Source: an uncultured delta proteobacterium (lineage in GTDB: Bacteria > Myxococcota > Myxococcia > Myxococcales > Myxococcaceae). From it: DNA of 64,000 bases. A program made the translations under genes and the position numbers. Position 1 is the first letter of the stretch. Each line of letters starts with the position of its first letter. Of the stretch, positions 1 to 9,193 are shown piece after piece. The notes beneath the pieces were generated by a model. It did not search any database. It saw nothing but the letters and a program-made list of their open reading frames with translations, and had not been told where the DNA came from. Location: positions 539,415-603,414 of the forward strand of contig CAVZMH010000022.1 in NCBI GenBank assembly GCA_963776345.1, given 5' to 3'.

Positions 1-1971
1 GCGGGCTTCCTCGCGTATCTGGTGGCCTCGACCTGGGTGGCCCCGTCCGCCTTCCCCCGCTACGCGCTGCAGACCGTCTTCGGCTGGACGGTCATCGTGG
101 TGCTGGCCTGGGCGGTCCGGCGCGGATGGGTGGTGCTCGCCTCCGCGGGGTACCTCGCCTGCGGCTGGTTCCTGCTCGCGATCTCCGCCTACACCGCGGG
201 CGGCATCGGCGGGTCGGCGCCGCTCGGGTTCCTGGTGCTCATCGTCGCCGCGGGACTCCTGCTCGGCACGCGGGCCACGGTGCTCACCGCCGCCGTCTGC
301 CTCCTCACCGGGCTCGGGCTGGCGGTGGCCGGGTCGGTGGGCCTCTTGCCCCCGCCCTCCATTCGCAACTCTCCGCTCGCCCTCTGGACGGACTTCGCGG
401 TGTACGGAGGACTGATCGTGGCCTTCCAGCTGCTCGCCGCCCGGAACCTCCGGGTGTCCGAGAGCCGCTACCGCTCGCTGGTGGACAGCGCCCGCGACGT
501 CATCTTCACCGTGAGCCAGGAGGGCCGCATCACCTCGCTCAACCCGGCGTTCGAGTCGGTGACCGGGCTGCGCGCCTCCGACTGGCTGGGCCGCCCGTTC
601 GCCTCGCTCTTGGCCAGCGAGCGAGCCGAGGAGCTCTGGACGCAGCTCAGGGCCGCGCCCGGGCCGGCGCTCGAGGTCCCGGTCCGCTCCGCGGGGGGCG
701 AGCGGGTGCTGGAGGTGGTGCTGGCCATGTCCCCGGACGCCTCGGCCGACCTCCTGGGCATCGGCCGCGACGTGAGCGAGCGCAAGGAGGCCGAGGCCCG
801 GCGCGCCCAGCTGGAGATGCAGCTGCGGCAGTCGCAGAAGCGCGAGGCCATCGGGACCCTGGCCAGCGGCATCGCCCACGACTTCAACAACGTCCTCACC
901 GCGATCATGGGGCAGGCGCAGCTGCTCCGCGACGAGGGCACCGGGCCGATGCGGGGCCGCGCCACGGAGATCCTCCAGGCCAGCGCCCGGGCGCGCGACG
1001 TGGTGCGCCAGCTCCTGACCTTCGCCCGGAGCACCGGCCAGGAGCATCGCCCGGTGCAGCTGCAGCAGGTGGTCGCCGAGGCGCTCCAGCTGATGCGTGC
1101 CTCCCTTCCGGCCTCGGTGGAGCTGGAGGCCTCCATCGACCCGGTCACGGCGATGGTGCTGGCCGACCAGGGTCAGATGCACCAGGTGGTCATCAACCTG
1201 GTGGCCAACGCCGCGGCGGCGCTGCAGGGCCGAACCGGGAAGATCGGCGTCTACCTCGGGAACCTCCCTCCCTCGGGCGGCGACGGGAAGCTGGGCACCG
1301 TGCGGCTCCGGGTGACCGACGACGGGGTGGGGATGACGCCCGAGGTGCTGGAGCGCATCTTCGAGCCGTTCTTCACCACCCGCGCGCCCGGGGAGGGGAC
1401 GGGGCTCGGCCTGGCGGTGGTGCAGGGCATCGTGCAGGACCACGGCGGGCAGATCTTCGTCCGCAGCGCGCCGGGGAAGGGGAGCACCTTCGACGTCGAG
1501 CTCCCCGCCTCCAGCATGGAGCGGCCCGAGGCGGCGGCGCCGCCGGACGTCGCCCCGCCCGGCGCGGGGGAGCGGCTCCTGGTGGTGGACGACGAGCCGG
1601 TCATCGCGCGGGTGGTGAGCGAGCAGCTGCGGCGGCTCGGGTACCAGGTGACGGCGGTGAACGATCCGGAGGAGGCGCTGGAGCTCCTGGCCGACGACCC
1701 GGAGGAGTACGACCTGCTGCTCACCGACCTCCAGATGCCGCGGATGGACGGGGTGGAGCTCGCCGCCCGGGTGGGGCGGCTGCGCCCGGCGCTGCCGGTG
1801 GTGCTGTCCACCGGGAACCGGTGGTCCGTCCCGGCCGCCACGGCGCGGGCGGCTGGAATCCGGGAAATCGTGGACAAGCCGTTCCGGCTCGAGGAGCTGG
1901 CCCAGGCGCTGCGGACGGTGCTCGACGCCGCGGGGGTCCGCCCTCGGGCCACCCGGGAGACGGGGAGTTGA
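1..1971 (+). CDS. Membrane hybrid sensor histidine kinase/response regulator (TM-PAS-HisKA-HATPase-REC), 5'-partial
   Basis: Frame is open from base 1. TM helices, PAS (LNPAFESVTG), H-box GIAHDFNNVL, G-boxes DDGVGM/GTGLGL, receiver LVVDDE...LLTDLQMPRMDG. Confidence 0.93.
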   Translation, partial: AGFLAYLVASTWVAPSAFPRYALQTVFGWTVIVVLAWAVRRGWVVLASAGYLACGWFLLAISAYTAGGIGGSAPLGFLVLIVAAGLLLGTRATVLTAAVCLLTGLGLAVAGSVGLLPPPSIRNSPLALWTDFAVYGGLIVAFQLLAARNLRVSESRYRSLVDSARDVIFTVSQEGRITSLNPAFESVTGLRASDWLGRPFASLLASERAEELWTQLRAAPGPALEVPVRSAGGERVLEVVLAMSPDASADLLGIGRDVSERKEAEARRAQLEMQLRQSQKREAIGTLASGIAHDFNNVLTAIMGQAQLLRDEGTGPMRGRATEILQASARARDVVRQLLTFARSTGQEHRPVQLQQVVAEALQLMRASLPASVELEASIDPVTAMVLADQGQMHQVVINLVANAAAALQGRTGKIGVYLGNLPPSGGDGKLGTVRLRVTDDGVGMTPEVLERIFEPFFTTRAPGEGTGLGLAVVQGIVQDHGGQIFVRSAPGKGSTFDVELPASSMERPEAAAPPDVAPPGAGERLLVVDDEPVIARVVSEQLRRLGYQVTAVNDPEEALELLADDPEEYDLLLTDLQMPRMDGVELAARVGRLRPALPVVLSTGNRWSVPAATARAAGIREIVDKPFRLEELAQALRTVLDAAGVRPRATRETGS

Positions 1972-1996
1972 CAAAAAGAACGACCGTTCGTATTAA
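1968..1996 (+). promoter_or_regulatory. Sigma70 promoter with TetR-type operator in the spacer; probably leaderless transcript
   Basis: TTGACA (1968-1973)-N17-TATTAA (1991-1996). Spacer holds the near-palindrome GAACGACCGTTCG. GTG start at 2003 lies 7 nt after the -10 element. Confidence 0.75.
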
Positions 1997-2002
1997 GGCG
2001 GT

Positions 2003-2600
2003 GTGAGCAAGGGCGACCAGACCCGGGCGCGCATCCTCCGCCACGCGACGAAGGTGGCGAGCCGGGACGGCCTCGAGGGGCTGAGCATCGGCGAGCTGGC
2101 CACGGCCCTGGACATGTCCAAGAGCGGCCTCTTCGCCCACTTCGGGAGCAAGGAGGACCTCCAGATCGAGGTGCTCCGGGCCGCCGCGGTGGACTTCGAG
2201 CACCGGGTCATCCGCCCTGCGCTCCAGCAGCCCCGCGGCCCGGCCCGCCTCTGGGCGCTGTTCAACCTCTGGGTGAAGTGGGCCAGCTCGCCCGAGACCT
2301 CGCGGCGGGTGCATCTTCGCGGCCGCCTCGTTCGAGCTGGACGACCGGCCGGGGCCGGTCCGCGACTACCTGGTGGAGGAGGAGAAGCGGCTCCTCGGCG
2401 TGCTGTCGCGCTCGGCGCGGCTCGGCGTCGAGTCCGGCCTCTTCCGCGCAGACCTCGACTGCGACCTGCTCGCCTTTCAGATCCACGGGCTGATGCTCGG
2501 CTTCCACCACGCGCTCCGGCTCCTGCGCCAGCGCAGCGCCGAGGCGATGGCCCGGCGGTCCTTCGAGCAGCTGCTCGCGCAGGCCATGCCCGCGAGCTGA
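2003..2600 (+). CDS. TetR/AcrR family regulator, frameshifted near 2300
   Basis: N-terminal HTH (GLSIGELATALDMSKSGLFAHFGSKEDL) in the 2003 frame. C-terminal GGCIFAAASFELDDRPGPVRD...FEQLL continues in the frame ending at 2600. Confidence 0.85.
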
Positions 2601-2643
2601 CCCCTTTCCCCGCCGTACGCACGCCGCACAAGGAGACGCCGTC

Positions 2644-3537
2644 ATGTCCAATAATAGTACGAACGTTCGGTTTTTCTCCAGCCTGCTCTCCGGCCTCGGG
2701 ACGGTGTCGCCCCGGGGCGCGGGCCGGCTGGCCTTCGAGCTCTTCTGCCGCACCGGGCCGCGCCGGGTGCCGTCCTTCAGCCCGGCCCCGGACGCCGTGG
2801 AGCACTTCCGGGCGGGCGGGCGCCGCATCGCCAGCTACGTGTGGCAGGGGGGTGGGCCGACGGTGCTCCTGGTCCACGGCTGGAACGGCGGCTCGGGCGA
2901 CCTCGCTCCGTTCATCGGTCCGCTGCGCGACGCCGGCCGCCGGGTGGTGGCCATCGACCTCCCCGGGCACGGGCGATCCCCGGGCAGGCGCCTCAACCTC
3001 GCCATCGCGGTGGCGGCGGTGGAGGCGAGCCTCCGCCGCGAGCCGTCCATCGAGGCGGTCATCGCCCATTCCTTCGGCGTCCCGGCCACGGTGCTCGCCG
3101 CCGGGCGGGGCGCGCCGCTTCCCCGGGCGGTGCTCGTCTCCGGGCCCATCTCGATGGAGGCGTACCTCCAGCGGTTCACGCAGGTGCTGGCGCTCTCTCC
3201 GGTCACGGCCGGCGCGATGCGGGCACGGGTGAAGCGCGTGCTGGAGGAGGGGGGTCTGGAGACGATGGACCTGGGGGTGGTGGCGCCGCGGCTCCCCGGG
3301 CGCGCGCTGGTGATCCACGACCGGGGCGACCGCGAGGTGCCGTTCCTCTCCGCCCAGGCGCTTCATCGAGCCTGGGCCGGCTCGGAGCTGCTCGCCACCG
3401 ACGGCCTCGGGCACCGGAGGCTGCTCTCGGACCCGCGCGTCGTCGAGCGGGCCGTGCGGTTCGCGGTGGGGTGGGACCGGACCGCAGAGGCGCTGGTGCC
3501 ACCGGCGCCTCCCGAGCTGCGGGTCGTCGCCGGGTGA
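2644..3537 (+). CDS. Alpha/beta fold hydrolase
   Basis: LLVHGWNG, DLPGHG, nucleophile AHSFG, HDRGDREVP, GLGH; RBS AAGGAG upstream. Confidence 0.9.
   Translation: MSNNSTNVRFFSSLLSGLGTVSPRGAGRLAFELFCRTGPRRVPSFSPAPDAVEHFRAGGRRIASYVWQGGGPTVLLVHGWNGGSGDLAPFIGPLRDAGRRVVAIDLPGHGRSPGRRLNLAIAVAAVEASLRREPSIEAVIAHSFGVPATVLAAGRGAPLPRAVLVSGPISMEAYLQRFTQVLALSPVTAGAMRARVKRVLEEGGLETMDLGVVAPRLPGRALVIHDRGDREVPFLSAQALHRAWAGSELLATDGLGHRRLLSDPRVVERAVRFAVGWDRTAEALVPPAPPELRVVAG
2653..2675. promoter_or_regulatory. Second copy of the putative TetR operator inside the first codons of the hydrolase gene
   Basis: AATAGTACGAACGTTCGGTTTTT matches AAAAGAACGACCGTTCGTATT at 1974-1994; an AT-rich island in GC-rich CDS. Confidence 0.6.
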
Positions 3538-3603
3538 GAGCCGCCCGGCGCCCGGGACACGCGCACCGGCATCTGCCGGAGCGAGCGACGCGCGCCGCTC
3601 CCG

Positions 3604-4017
3604 TCAAGTACCTCGCGCGTCCTCGACCCGATGGCCCGCACCGCGGAGCGCCTCCAGCGCCCTGGCCAGGGTCTCCTCCCGGACGAGCACCAGATCCGTG
3701 TCGAAGGTGGACACGGCGAAGAGCGACACCGCGGCGCGGGCGAGCGGCCCGGTGAGCGCGTGGAGCACCCCAACCTCCTGGAAGGCGATCGGCCCCTCCA
3801 GCTCCAGCGCCCTGAAGCCGCGCTCGGCCCGGACCGCCGACGGGACGCGCTCCTCGGCGCACACCACGCTCAGCTCCCCGGCGCGCCGGGTGATGGACAC
3901 CACCCCCGGTCCATCCGCCCAGGGCGGCACCGGCGCCGTCCCGGAGAGGCGGGCCACGGCGAGCAGCCCGGGCAGGACCCGCAGCCGGAGACCGCGTGCC
4001 GGGGGCGCCTCGCTCAG
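3604..4017 (-). CDS. ACT domain-containing protein (start approximate)
   Basis: C-terminal part of ORF 3604..5619: SITRRAGELSVVC...GVLHALTGPLARAAVSLFAVSTFDTDLVLV. Confidence 0.8.
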   Translation of the reverse strand: MSEAPPARGLRLRVLPGLLAVARLSGTAPVPPWADGPGVVSITRRAGELSVVCAEERVPSAVRAERGFRALELEGPIAFQEVGVLHALTGPLARAAVSLFAVSTFDTDLVLVREETLARALEALRGAGHRVEDARGT

Positions 4018-4433
4018 CGGAACCGCCCCGTGGTCCACAGCCCCACCAGCGCCACCAGGAAGTACGCCGGCAGCACCGCCGCGCCGTTGTAGTCCTTGGC
4101 CAGGCGCTGCCCGAAGAAGAGCGCGATGAAGGACGTGGCCGCCAGGGCGATGCCCCAGAAGGCGATGCGCGGCACGCCCAGCACCAGGAGCTCCACCAGC
4201 CCCACTGCGCAGAGGACGCCGGAGGCGACCTCGAGGATGGTCATGGTGACCAGCATCGGCGTCACCACGCCCCGCAGCGGACTCTTGGAGAAGTGCTGCG
4301 TCAGCCAGCCCTGGTTGCCGCGGAAGTCGATCACCTTGTCGATGCCCGACTGGAGGAAGAGGATCGCCAGGAAGAGCGTCGGCAGCGCCTGCAGCAGCCA
4401 GGCGACGATGCGGGGAGAGGACAGGGGGGGCAT
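4014..4433 (-). CDS. DoxX family membrane protein
   Basis: FLAILFLQSGIDKV...FFGQRLAKDYNGAA; four hydrophobic segments. Confidence 0.85.
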   Translation of the reverse strand: MPPLSSPRIVAWLLQALPTLFLAILFLQSGIDKVIDFRGNQGWLTQHFSKSPLRGVVTPMLVTMTILEVASGVLCAVGLVELLVLGVPRIAFWGIALAATSFIALFFGQRLAKDYNGAAVLPAYFLVALVGLWTTGRFR

Positions 4434-4436
4434 GTC

Positions 4437-6155
4437 TCACCTCTGCTCGAGGAGCAGCTTGCGGACCAGGCGGATGGGCAGCGCGCCCTGGGCGAGGAAC
4501 GCGTCGTGGAACTCGCGCAGCGTCCCGCCCTTCTGGCTCAGGTACTCGCGACGCAGCTCGTAGATCTGCAGCTTCCCGTACGTGTAGTACAGGTACGTCG
4601 GGTCGTAGGTGCCGCGCCGCGCCTCCTCGTAGGCGTTGGCCGGCGTCTGGAAGCACTCCTTCACGAAGCGCTCCGCGCCCTGCTCCACGGTCAGGGTGGT
4701 GGTGTGCAGCTGGATGCCCACCACGAAGCGACAGTCCCGGAGCAGCGCCTCCTCGAGCTGGGCGAGCTTGATGCGCGGGTCGGTGTCCGAGAAGCCCTCC
4801 TCGATGACCATCTGCTCCGCGTAGTGCGCCCAGCCCTCCACGTTGGTGTTGGTGACCAGGAGCTTCCGCACCTTGGTGGGCACGCGCGGCGTCCAGAGCG
4901 CCTGGAGGAAGTGCCCCGGGTAGGCCTCGTGGACGTCGGTCATCGCCAGGATGGGCGTGGCGAAGGCGCGGAGGTGCTCCTCCACCTGCGCGCTGTTCCA
5001 GGTCTCCTCGGGCGGCGTCACGTAGTAGTAGGACTCGGTGGCCTTGGTCTCGTAGGGCCCCGGCGCGTCGAGCGAGGCGAACGAGCCGTTCCGGGCGTAG
5101 GGCGGCGTGGGCTCCACCTTCGGCCGCACCTCCGAGGGGAAGGACACCAGATTCTTGCTGACCACGAACTGGCGCACGCCCTCGAGCGACCGGCGCACCG
5201 AGGGGAGGAGATCCTTCGCCGTCGGATGGTCCGACTGCATCGCCGCCATCACCTGCGCCGCCGTCCTCCGCCGGTCGATGAATTGCGCCGCCTGGACCGC
5301 CGCTTCGTTGTCCGCCTTGAGCTGGGCCTCGCCCTTCGCCAGCAGGGCGTCCAGCGGCTCGGAGACCATCTCCTCGGTCTGCAGCTTGTCCGCGAAGTAG
5401 GCCGGCCCGATCGCCCAGCTCCCGGTGCTCCGGGGCTTCAGCTCCTTCTCCAGGAAGTGGATCCAGTCCTGGGTGGCGGCGAAGGCGGTGGTGTTGGCGC
5501 GGTTGAAGTCCGCCAGGGCCAGCGTGTCGCCCCCGGCCGCCTCCTTGGCCCAGGCCGGGACCGAGTCCTGGAAGAAGCCCAGGGAGCCGTTGGCCATCCG
5601 CAGCGCCAGGTCCGTCCACTCCCTGGGCGGCGTCTTCACGTTCGCCTTGCCCGCGGCGTAGACCGACGGGACCGCCCGGAGCCGCGCGGTCACCGACTTC
5701 AGCCGGTCCGCGCCGGGGGCGAAGTCACGCTTGAGGAGCACGTCGATGCCCTCGCCGGGGATGCGCGAGTAGGTCATCGGGTTCTGGAGCCGGAACCCCA
5801 TCTTCTCCCATTCCAGCAAGTCGGCGCGGATGCGCGACTCGAGCGCCTCGAGGTCCACCAGGTCGTCGAAGGGCAGCGCCACCCGCTCGGTCCACAGCGC
5901 CACCGCGCGGTCCAGCATGCCCTGGAGCTTCTGCACGTGGACCGCCACCCGGGGGGCGCCGAAGTCCTCCAGCCGCGGGTCGAGCTGGTGGAAGCCCATC
6001 TGCACGCCGACGGTGGGCTCGAAGCCGTACGCCTCGCCGAAGTAGTCCTCGACGAGCTGCGAGAAGCGCGCCTTCGCCTCCTCGCGCGACAGCCCGCGAC
6101 CGTGGGCGCAGGCGAGCAGGCAGAGCAGGGCGAGCGGAAGCGCGGTCCTTTGCAT
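4437..6155 (-). CDS. DUF885 family lipoprotein (putative metallopeptidase)
   Basis: ATG at 6155 with lipobox LLAC; HEAYPGH and EGWAHYAE motifs; YTYGKLQI. Confidence 0.88.
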   Translation of the reverse strand: MQRTALPLALLCLLACAHGRGLSREEAKARFSQLVEDYFGEAYGFEPTVGVQMGFHQLDPRLEDFGAPRVAVHVQKLQGMLDRAVALWTERVALPFDDLVDLEALESRIRADLLEWEKMGFRLQNPMTYSRIPGEGIDVLLKRDFAPGADRLKSVTARLRAVPSVYAAGKANVKTPPREWTDLALRMANGSLGFFQDSVPAWAKEAAGGDTLALADFNRANTTAFAATQDWIHFLEKELKPRSTGSWAIGPAYFADKLQTEEMVSEPLDALLAKGEAQLKADNEAAVQAAQFIDRRRTAAQVMAAMQSDHPTAKDLLPSVRRSLEGVRQFVVSKNLVSFPSEVRPKVEPTPPYARNGSFASLDAPGPYETKATESYYYVTPPEETWNSAQVEEHLRAFATPILAMTDVHEAYPGHFLQALWTPRVPTKVRKLLVTNTNVEGWAHYAEQMVIEEGFSDTDPRIKLAQLEEALLRDCRFVVGIQLHTTTLTVEQGAERFVKECFQTPANAYEEARRGTYDPTYLYYTYGKLQIYELRREYLSQKGGTLREFHDAFLAQGALPIRLVRKLLLEQR

Positions 6156-6169
6156 GGAGGGCCTGCTTA

Positions 6170-6952
6170 CTACGGCAGGCGCCCCGCCATGTGCCCGCCG
6201 TCGATCGGCAGGGCCACCCCGGTGACGAAGGCCGACTCGTCCGAGGCCAGGTAGACCGCCGCCCAGGCCACGTCGTCCGGCTTGCCCAGCCGCCCGAGCG
6301 GGATGTCCCGGGTGAGCACCTTCGCCCCCTGCTGGGGAGTGAGCCCGAGGCCCTGCACGAAGGCGTCCACCATCGGTGACTCGGTCCACACCGGGCAGAG
6401 CGCATTGGCCCGGATGCGGCTCGGGGCGCCCTCGAGCGCCAGCGTCTGGACCAGCTGCAGCACCGCCGCCTTGGTCGGCCCGTAGGCGCCGAGCATCGGA
6501 GTCCCGTGGAGCCCCGCGACCGAGGACATGACCAGGATGCTCCCGCCCCGGTCGCCCTCGCGCATCACCCGCACCGCGTGGCGGGCGCAGAGGAAGGCCC
6601 CGGTGAGGTTCACCTCCACCACCCGCTGCCAGTCCTCGAGCGGCAGGTCGGCCAGGAACCCCGGCGCGCCGATGCCGGCGTTGGCCACCATCACGTCGAG
6701 CTGGCCCCAGCGCTGCACCGCATCGGCGACGGCGGCCTCCACCTCCGGCTCGCGCGCGACATCCAGCCGGCGCGCCACCGCCCGCGCCCGGTCCCGCTCG
6801 GGAATGGCGGCGACCGTGGCCTCGCAGCCGGCGAGGTTCACGTCGGTCACCAGCACTCGCGCCCCCTCGGCGACGTAGCGCGTGGCGATGGCCCGGCCCA
6901 GGCCCGAGCCGGCGCCCGTCACCACCGCCACCTTCCCCTCCAGCCGCCCCAC
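6170..6952 (-). CDS. SDR family NAD(P)-dependent oxidoreductase
   Basis: TGAGSGLG, NAGI, YGPTK (YxxxK), VTGVALPIDGG. Confidence 0.93.
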   Translation of the reverse strand: MGRLEGKVAVVTGAGSGLGRAIATRYVAEGARVLVTDVNLAGCEATVAAIPERDRARAVARRLDVAREPEVEAAVADAVQRWGQLDVMVANAGIGAPGFLADLPLEDWQRVVEVNLTGAFLCARHAVRVMREGDRGGSILVMSSVAGLHGTPMLGAYGPTKAAVLQLVQTLALEGAPSRIRANALCPVWTESPMVDAFVQGLGLTPQQGAKVLTRDIPLGRLGKPDDVAWAAVYLASDESAFVTGVALPIDGGHMAGRLP

Positions 6953-6955
6953 GGC

Positions 6956-7501
6956 CTACAGATGCGCCGAGCGCGCCATCGCCGGCGCGCCGCCCAGGGC
7001 GCGGAGCAGCGAGCCGGTCTCCCAGCTGCCCATGTGCCGTTCGCCGTTGATGAAGATGGTCGGCGTCCCGGTGACGCCGCTGCGCACCCCGCCGTCCACC
7101 TCGCGCGCCACGTGCGCCCGGTGCGTCCGGGCCTGCAGCTCGCTCGAGAAGCGCTCGAGGTCGAGCCCCAGGTGCTCCGCCAGCGCCGCCGGATCCACGC
7201 CCTCGTCGGCGAGCAGCAGCGCCTGGTGCATCTCCCAGAACTTCCCCTGGACGGCGGCGGCGTGCGCGGCCTCGGCGAGCAGGCCCGCCTCCGGATGCAG
7301 CTCCTCGCGCGGGAAGTGGCGGAAGGCGTAGCGGACGCGGCGTCCGAGCTTCCGCCTCGCCACCTCCATGAAGGCCGAGGCCCGGCGCGTGTACGGGCAG
7401 GTGTAGTCGCCGTACATCAGCAGCGTCAGGGGCGCGTCCGGCGGGCCGAGCACGTGGTCCTCGGGGCCCACGGGGACGACGAGCCGGGGATGTCGGGCCA
7501 T
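6956..7501 (-). CDS. DsbA/thioredoxin-fold protein with CPYT motif
   Basis: DHVLGPPDAPLTLLMYGDYTCPYT, FRHFP, GKFWEMH, GVTGTPTIFING; ATG at 7501. Confidence 0.85.
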   Translation of the reverse strand: MARHPRLVVPVGPEDHVLGPPDAPLTLLMYGDYTCPYTRRASAFMEVARRKLGRRVRYAFRHFPREELHPEAGLLAEAAHAAAVQGKFWEMHQALLLADEGVDPAALAEHLGLDLERFSSELQARTHRAHVAREVDGGVRSGVTGTPTIFINGERHMGSWETGSLLRALGGAPAMARSAHL

Positions 7502-7749
7502 GGCGGACCTCCAGCGCAGCGTGCGGCGGGAGATTGGGCCGGGACCCTGACGCAGCGTGTGACAGTCAGGTGACGGATCCGCAACCTCCAGAGGTCTCCC
7601 CGGGTTGGAACTCCGTGCAATGCAACGAATGCAAGGACGTTCTCTGGACGAGGCGTCGCATGCGAGCAGCTGGCCGGAATTGCTCGGAGTCGCTGTCTGG
7701 ATCCGGGCTTGCAATCGATCGGACCGGGCATGCCTCTCGAGGTGCCGTG

Positions 7750-7869
7750 ATGTGGGACAATCGCCCTCCCGTGGTGGACGCTGCGCTGGTGGCGCTGCTG
7801 GTCGCGCTCGCCTTCGACGCTCTCAGCACCCTCCTGGTGTGGGGGCTCATCCAGCACCTGCCGTCCTGA
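7750..7869 (+). CDS. Possible 39-aa membrane peptide
   Basis: MWDNRPPVVDAALVALLVALAFDALSTLLVWGLIQHLPS with GAGG upstream; overlaps the convergent gene end. Confidence 0.3.
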   Translation: MWDNRPPVVDAALVALLVALAFDALSTLLVWGLIQHLPS

Positions 7870-9166
7870 GTCTCGCCCCCAGCGTCTCGCCCAGCGCCCG
7901 GGCCTGGGCGCGGAGCTCCGGGATGGCGGTGGACTCCCAGAGGTCGCCGCGCCGGAGCCCTCCCAGCGTCCACAGCCTGTCTCCAAGTGGCCCGAGCACC
8001 GCCCCGTCCGTGGCGGTCGCAAACCCGAGCCCGTGCGGCCCGGGCCGCGCCTGTCCCGAGGCCAGGAGCGAGCGGACCAGCGGGTCCTCCAGGGAGCGCA
8101 CGTCCATGGCCGGCCCGGTGGTGGGGATGGCCAGGTCCACGGCGAGGACGGCCAGCGTCCGCGCGCCCCTCGGCCGGTAGCGCACCACCATCCGGGCGCC
8201 CTGCTCGGCGACGGAGACCACGCGGCCCGCGTGACGCACCAGCCGTCCCTCCGCCTCGAGCGCCGCGATGCGGGCGCCGACCTCCGGCGCGACCCGGTGC
8301 CGAAGCCGCTCGAAGTGGGTGCGAAGGTGCCGGAGGAAGCGCCGTTGCTCCTCGGGCCGGAGCGCGGTCCACAGCGCACCCAGCTCGGGGCGCAAGCTGT
8401 CGAGCACCGCGCGCGGGTCCTCCCGGGCGGCGGCCTCGCGGAACATCCGCACCAGCGCGCCGAGCCGGGCGGGCCTCTGGCCCAGCGCGACCGGCTCGCT
8501 CATCCGTGGCGGGTGCGTGGCCGGGAGCAGGCCGCGGCGGGAGAGCAGGTGAATGCGTCCGCGGTGCCCCCGGGCCTCGAGCGAGAGCGCCACGTCCAGG
8601 GCGGTCAGGCCGGCCCCGAGCAGGAGCACCTCGGCGTCCGGCGCTGGCCAGTCCCCGCCGCTCCAGGGGGAACGCCAGGCGAGCCGGGGCGGCAGCGCGT
8701 CCCAGCCCGGCGGCAGCTCGGGCGGGAAGTTGCCCAGGGCGAGGACCACCGCCCGGGCCGAGAGCGGCGCTCCCCGGGCGAGGTGGACCTGCACTCCGCC
8801 CGGCCGGGGCGCGAGCGAGACCACCTGGTCCGTCACCCGCTGGACTCGGTCCCCGGCCGACTCCAGCAGCTCGCCGAGGTACGCCCCGTAGAGCCGCCGC
8901 TCGATGAACCTCTCGGGGTCGGCGGGCCCACCGCGCGCGGCGAGCCAGTCCACCAGATGCGAGGGCTGATCCGGAAAGGCGCTCATTCGCCCCGCGGGGA
9001 CGTTGAGCACGTGCACCGGGTCGTCGGTGGAGTACGCCGTGCCGCGGGCGAAGGCGCCGCCGGAGTCCACCAGCGTCACGGGTCCGAGCCGCGGCACCCC
9101 CGCGAGCGCCAGGGCGGTGAGCGTCCCGCCCGCGCCGCCTCCGACGATGACCACTCCGTCCGTCAT
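7847..9166 (-). CDS. FAD/NAD(P)-binding protein
   Basis: IVGGGAGG, RGTAYST...LNVPAGRMSA, GAGLTALD, GDLWESTAIPELRAQA. Confidence 0.85.
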   Translation of the reverse strand: MTDGVVIVGGGAGGTLTALALAGVPRLGPVTLVDSGGAFARGTAYSTDDPVHVLNVPAGRMSAFPDQPSHLVDWLAARGGPADPERFIERRLYGAYLGELLESAGDRVQRVTDQVVSLAPRPGGVQVHLARGAPLSARAVVLALGNFPPELPPGWDALPPRLAWRSPWSGGDWPAPDAEVLLLGAGLTALDVALSLEARGHRGRIHLLSRRGLLPATHPPRMSEPVALGQRPARLGALVRMFREAAAREDPRAVLDSLRPELGALWTALRPEEQRRFLRHLRTHFERLRHRVAPEVGARIAALEAEGRLVRHAGRVVSVAEQGARMVVRYRPRGARTLAVLAVDLAIPTTGPAMDVRSLEDPLVRSLLASGQARPGPHGLGFATATDGAVLGPLGDRLWTLGGLRRGDLWESTAIPELRAQARALGETLGARLRTAGAG

Positions 9167-9193
9167 GCGCTCACCGCGCGCCGGAACGGAGCT

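Noticed and set aside
2003..3232. 409-aa TetR with long C-terminal extension
   Set aside because: After ~2300 the sequence is Arg/Pro-rich nonsense overlapping the hydrolase. The real C-terminus is in another frame ending at 2600.
7590..7745. TGCAA repeats and a possible sigma54 promoter upstream of the DsbA-like gene
   Set aside because: The GG/GC spacing does not equal 10 bp in any candidate, and the repeats are too short to support a call.
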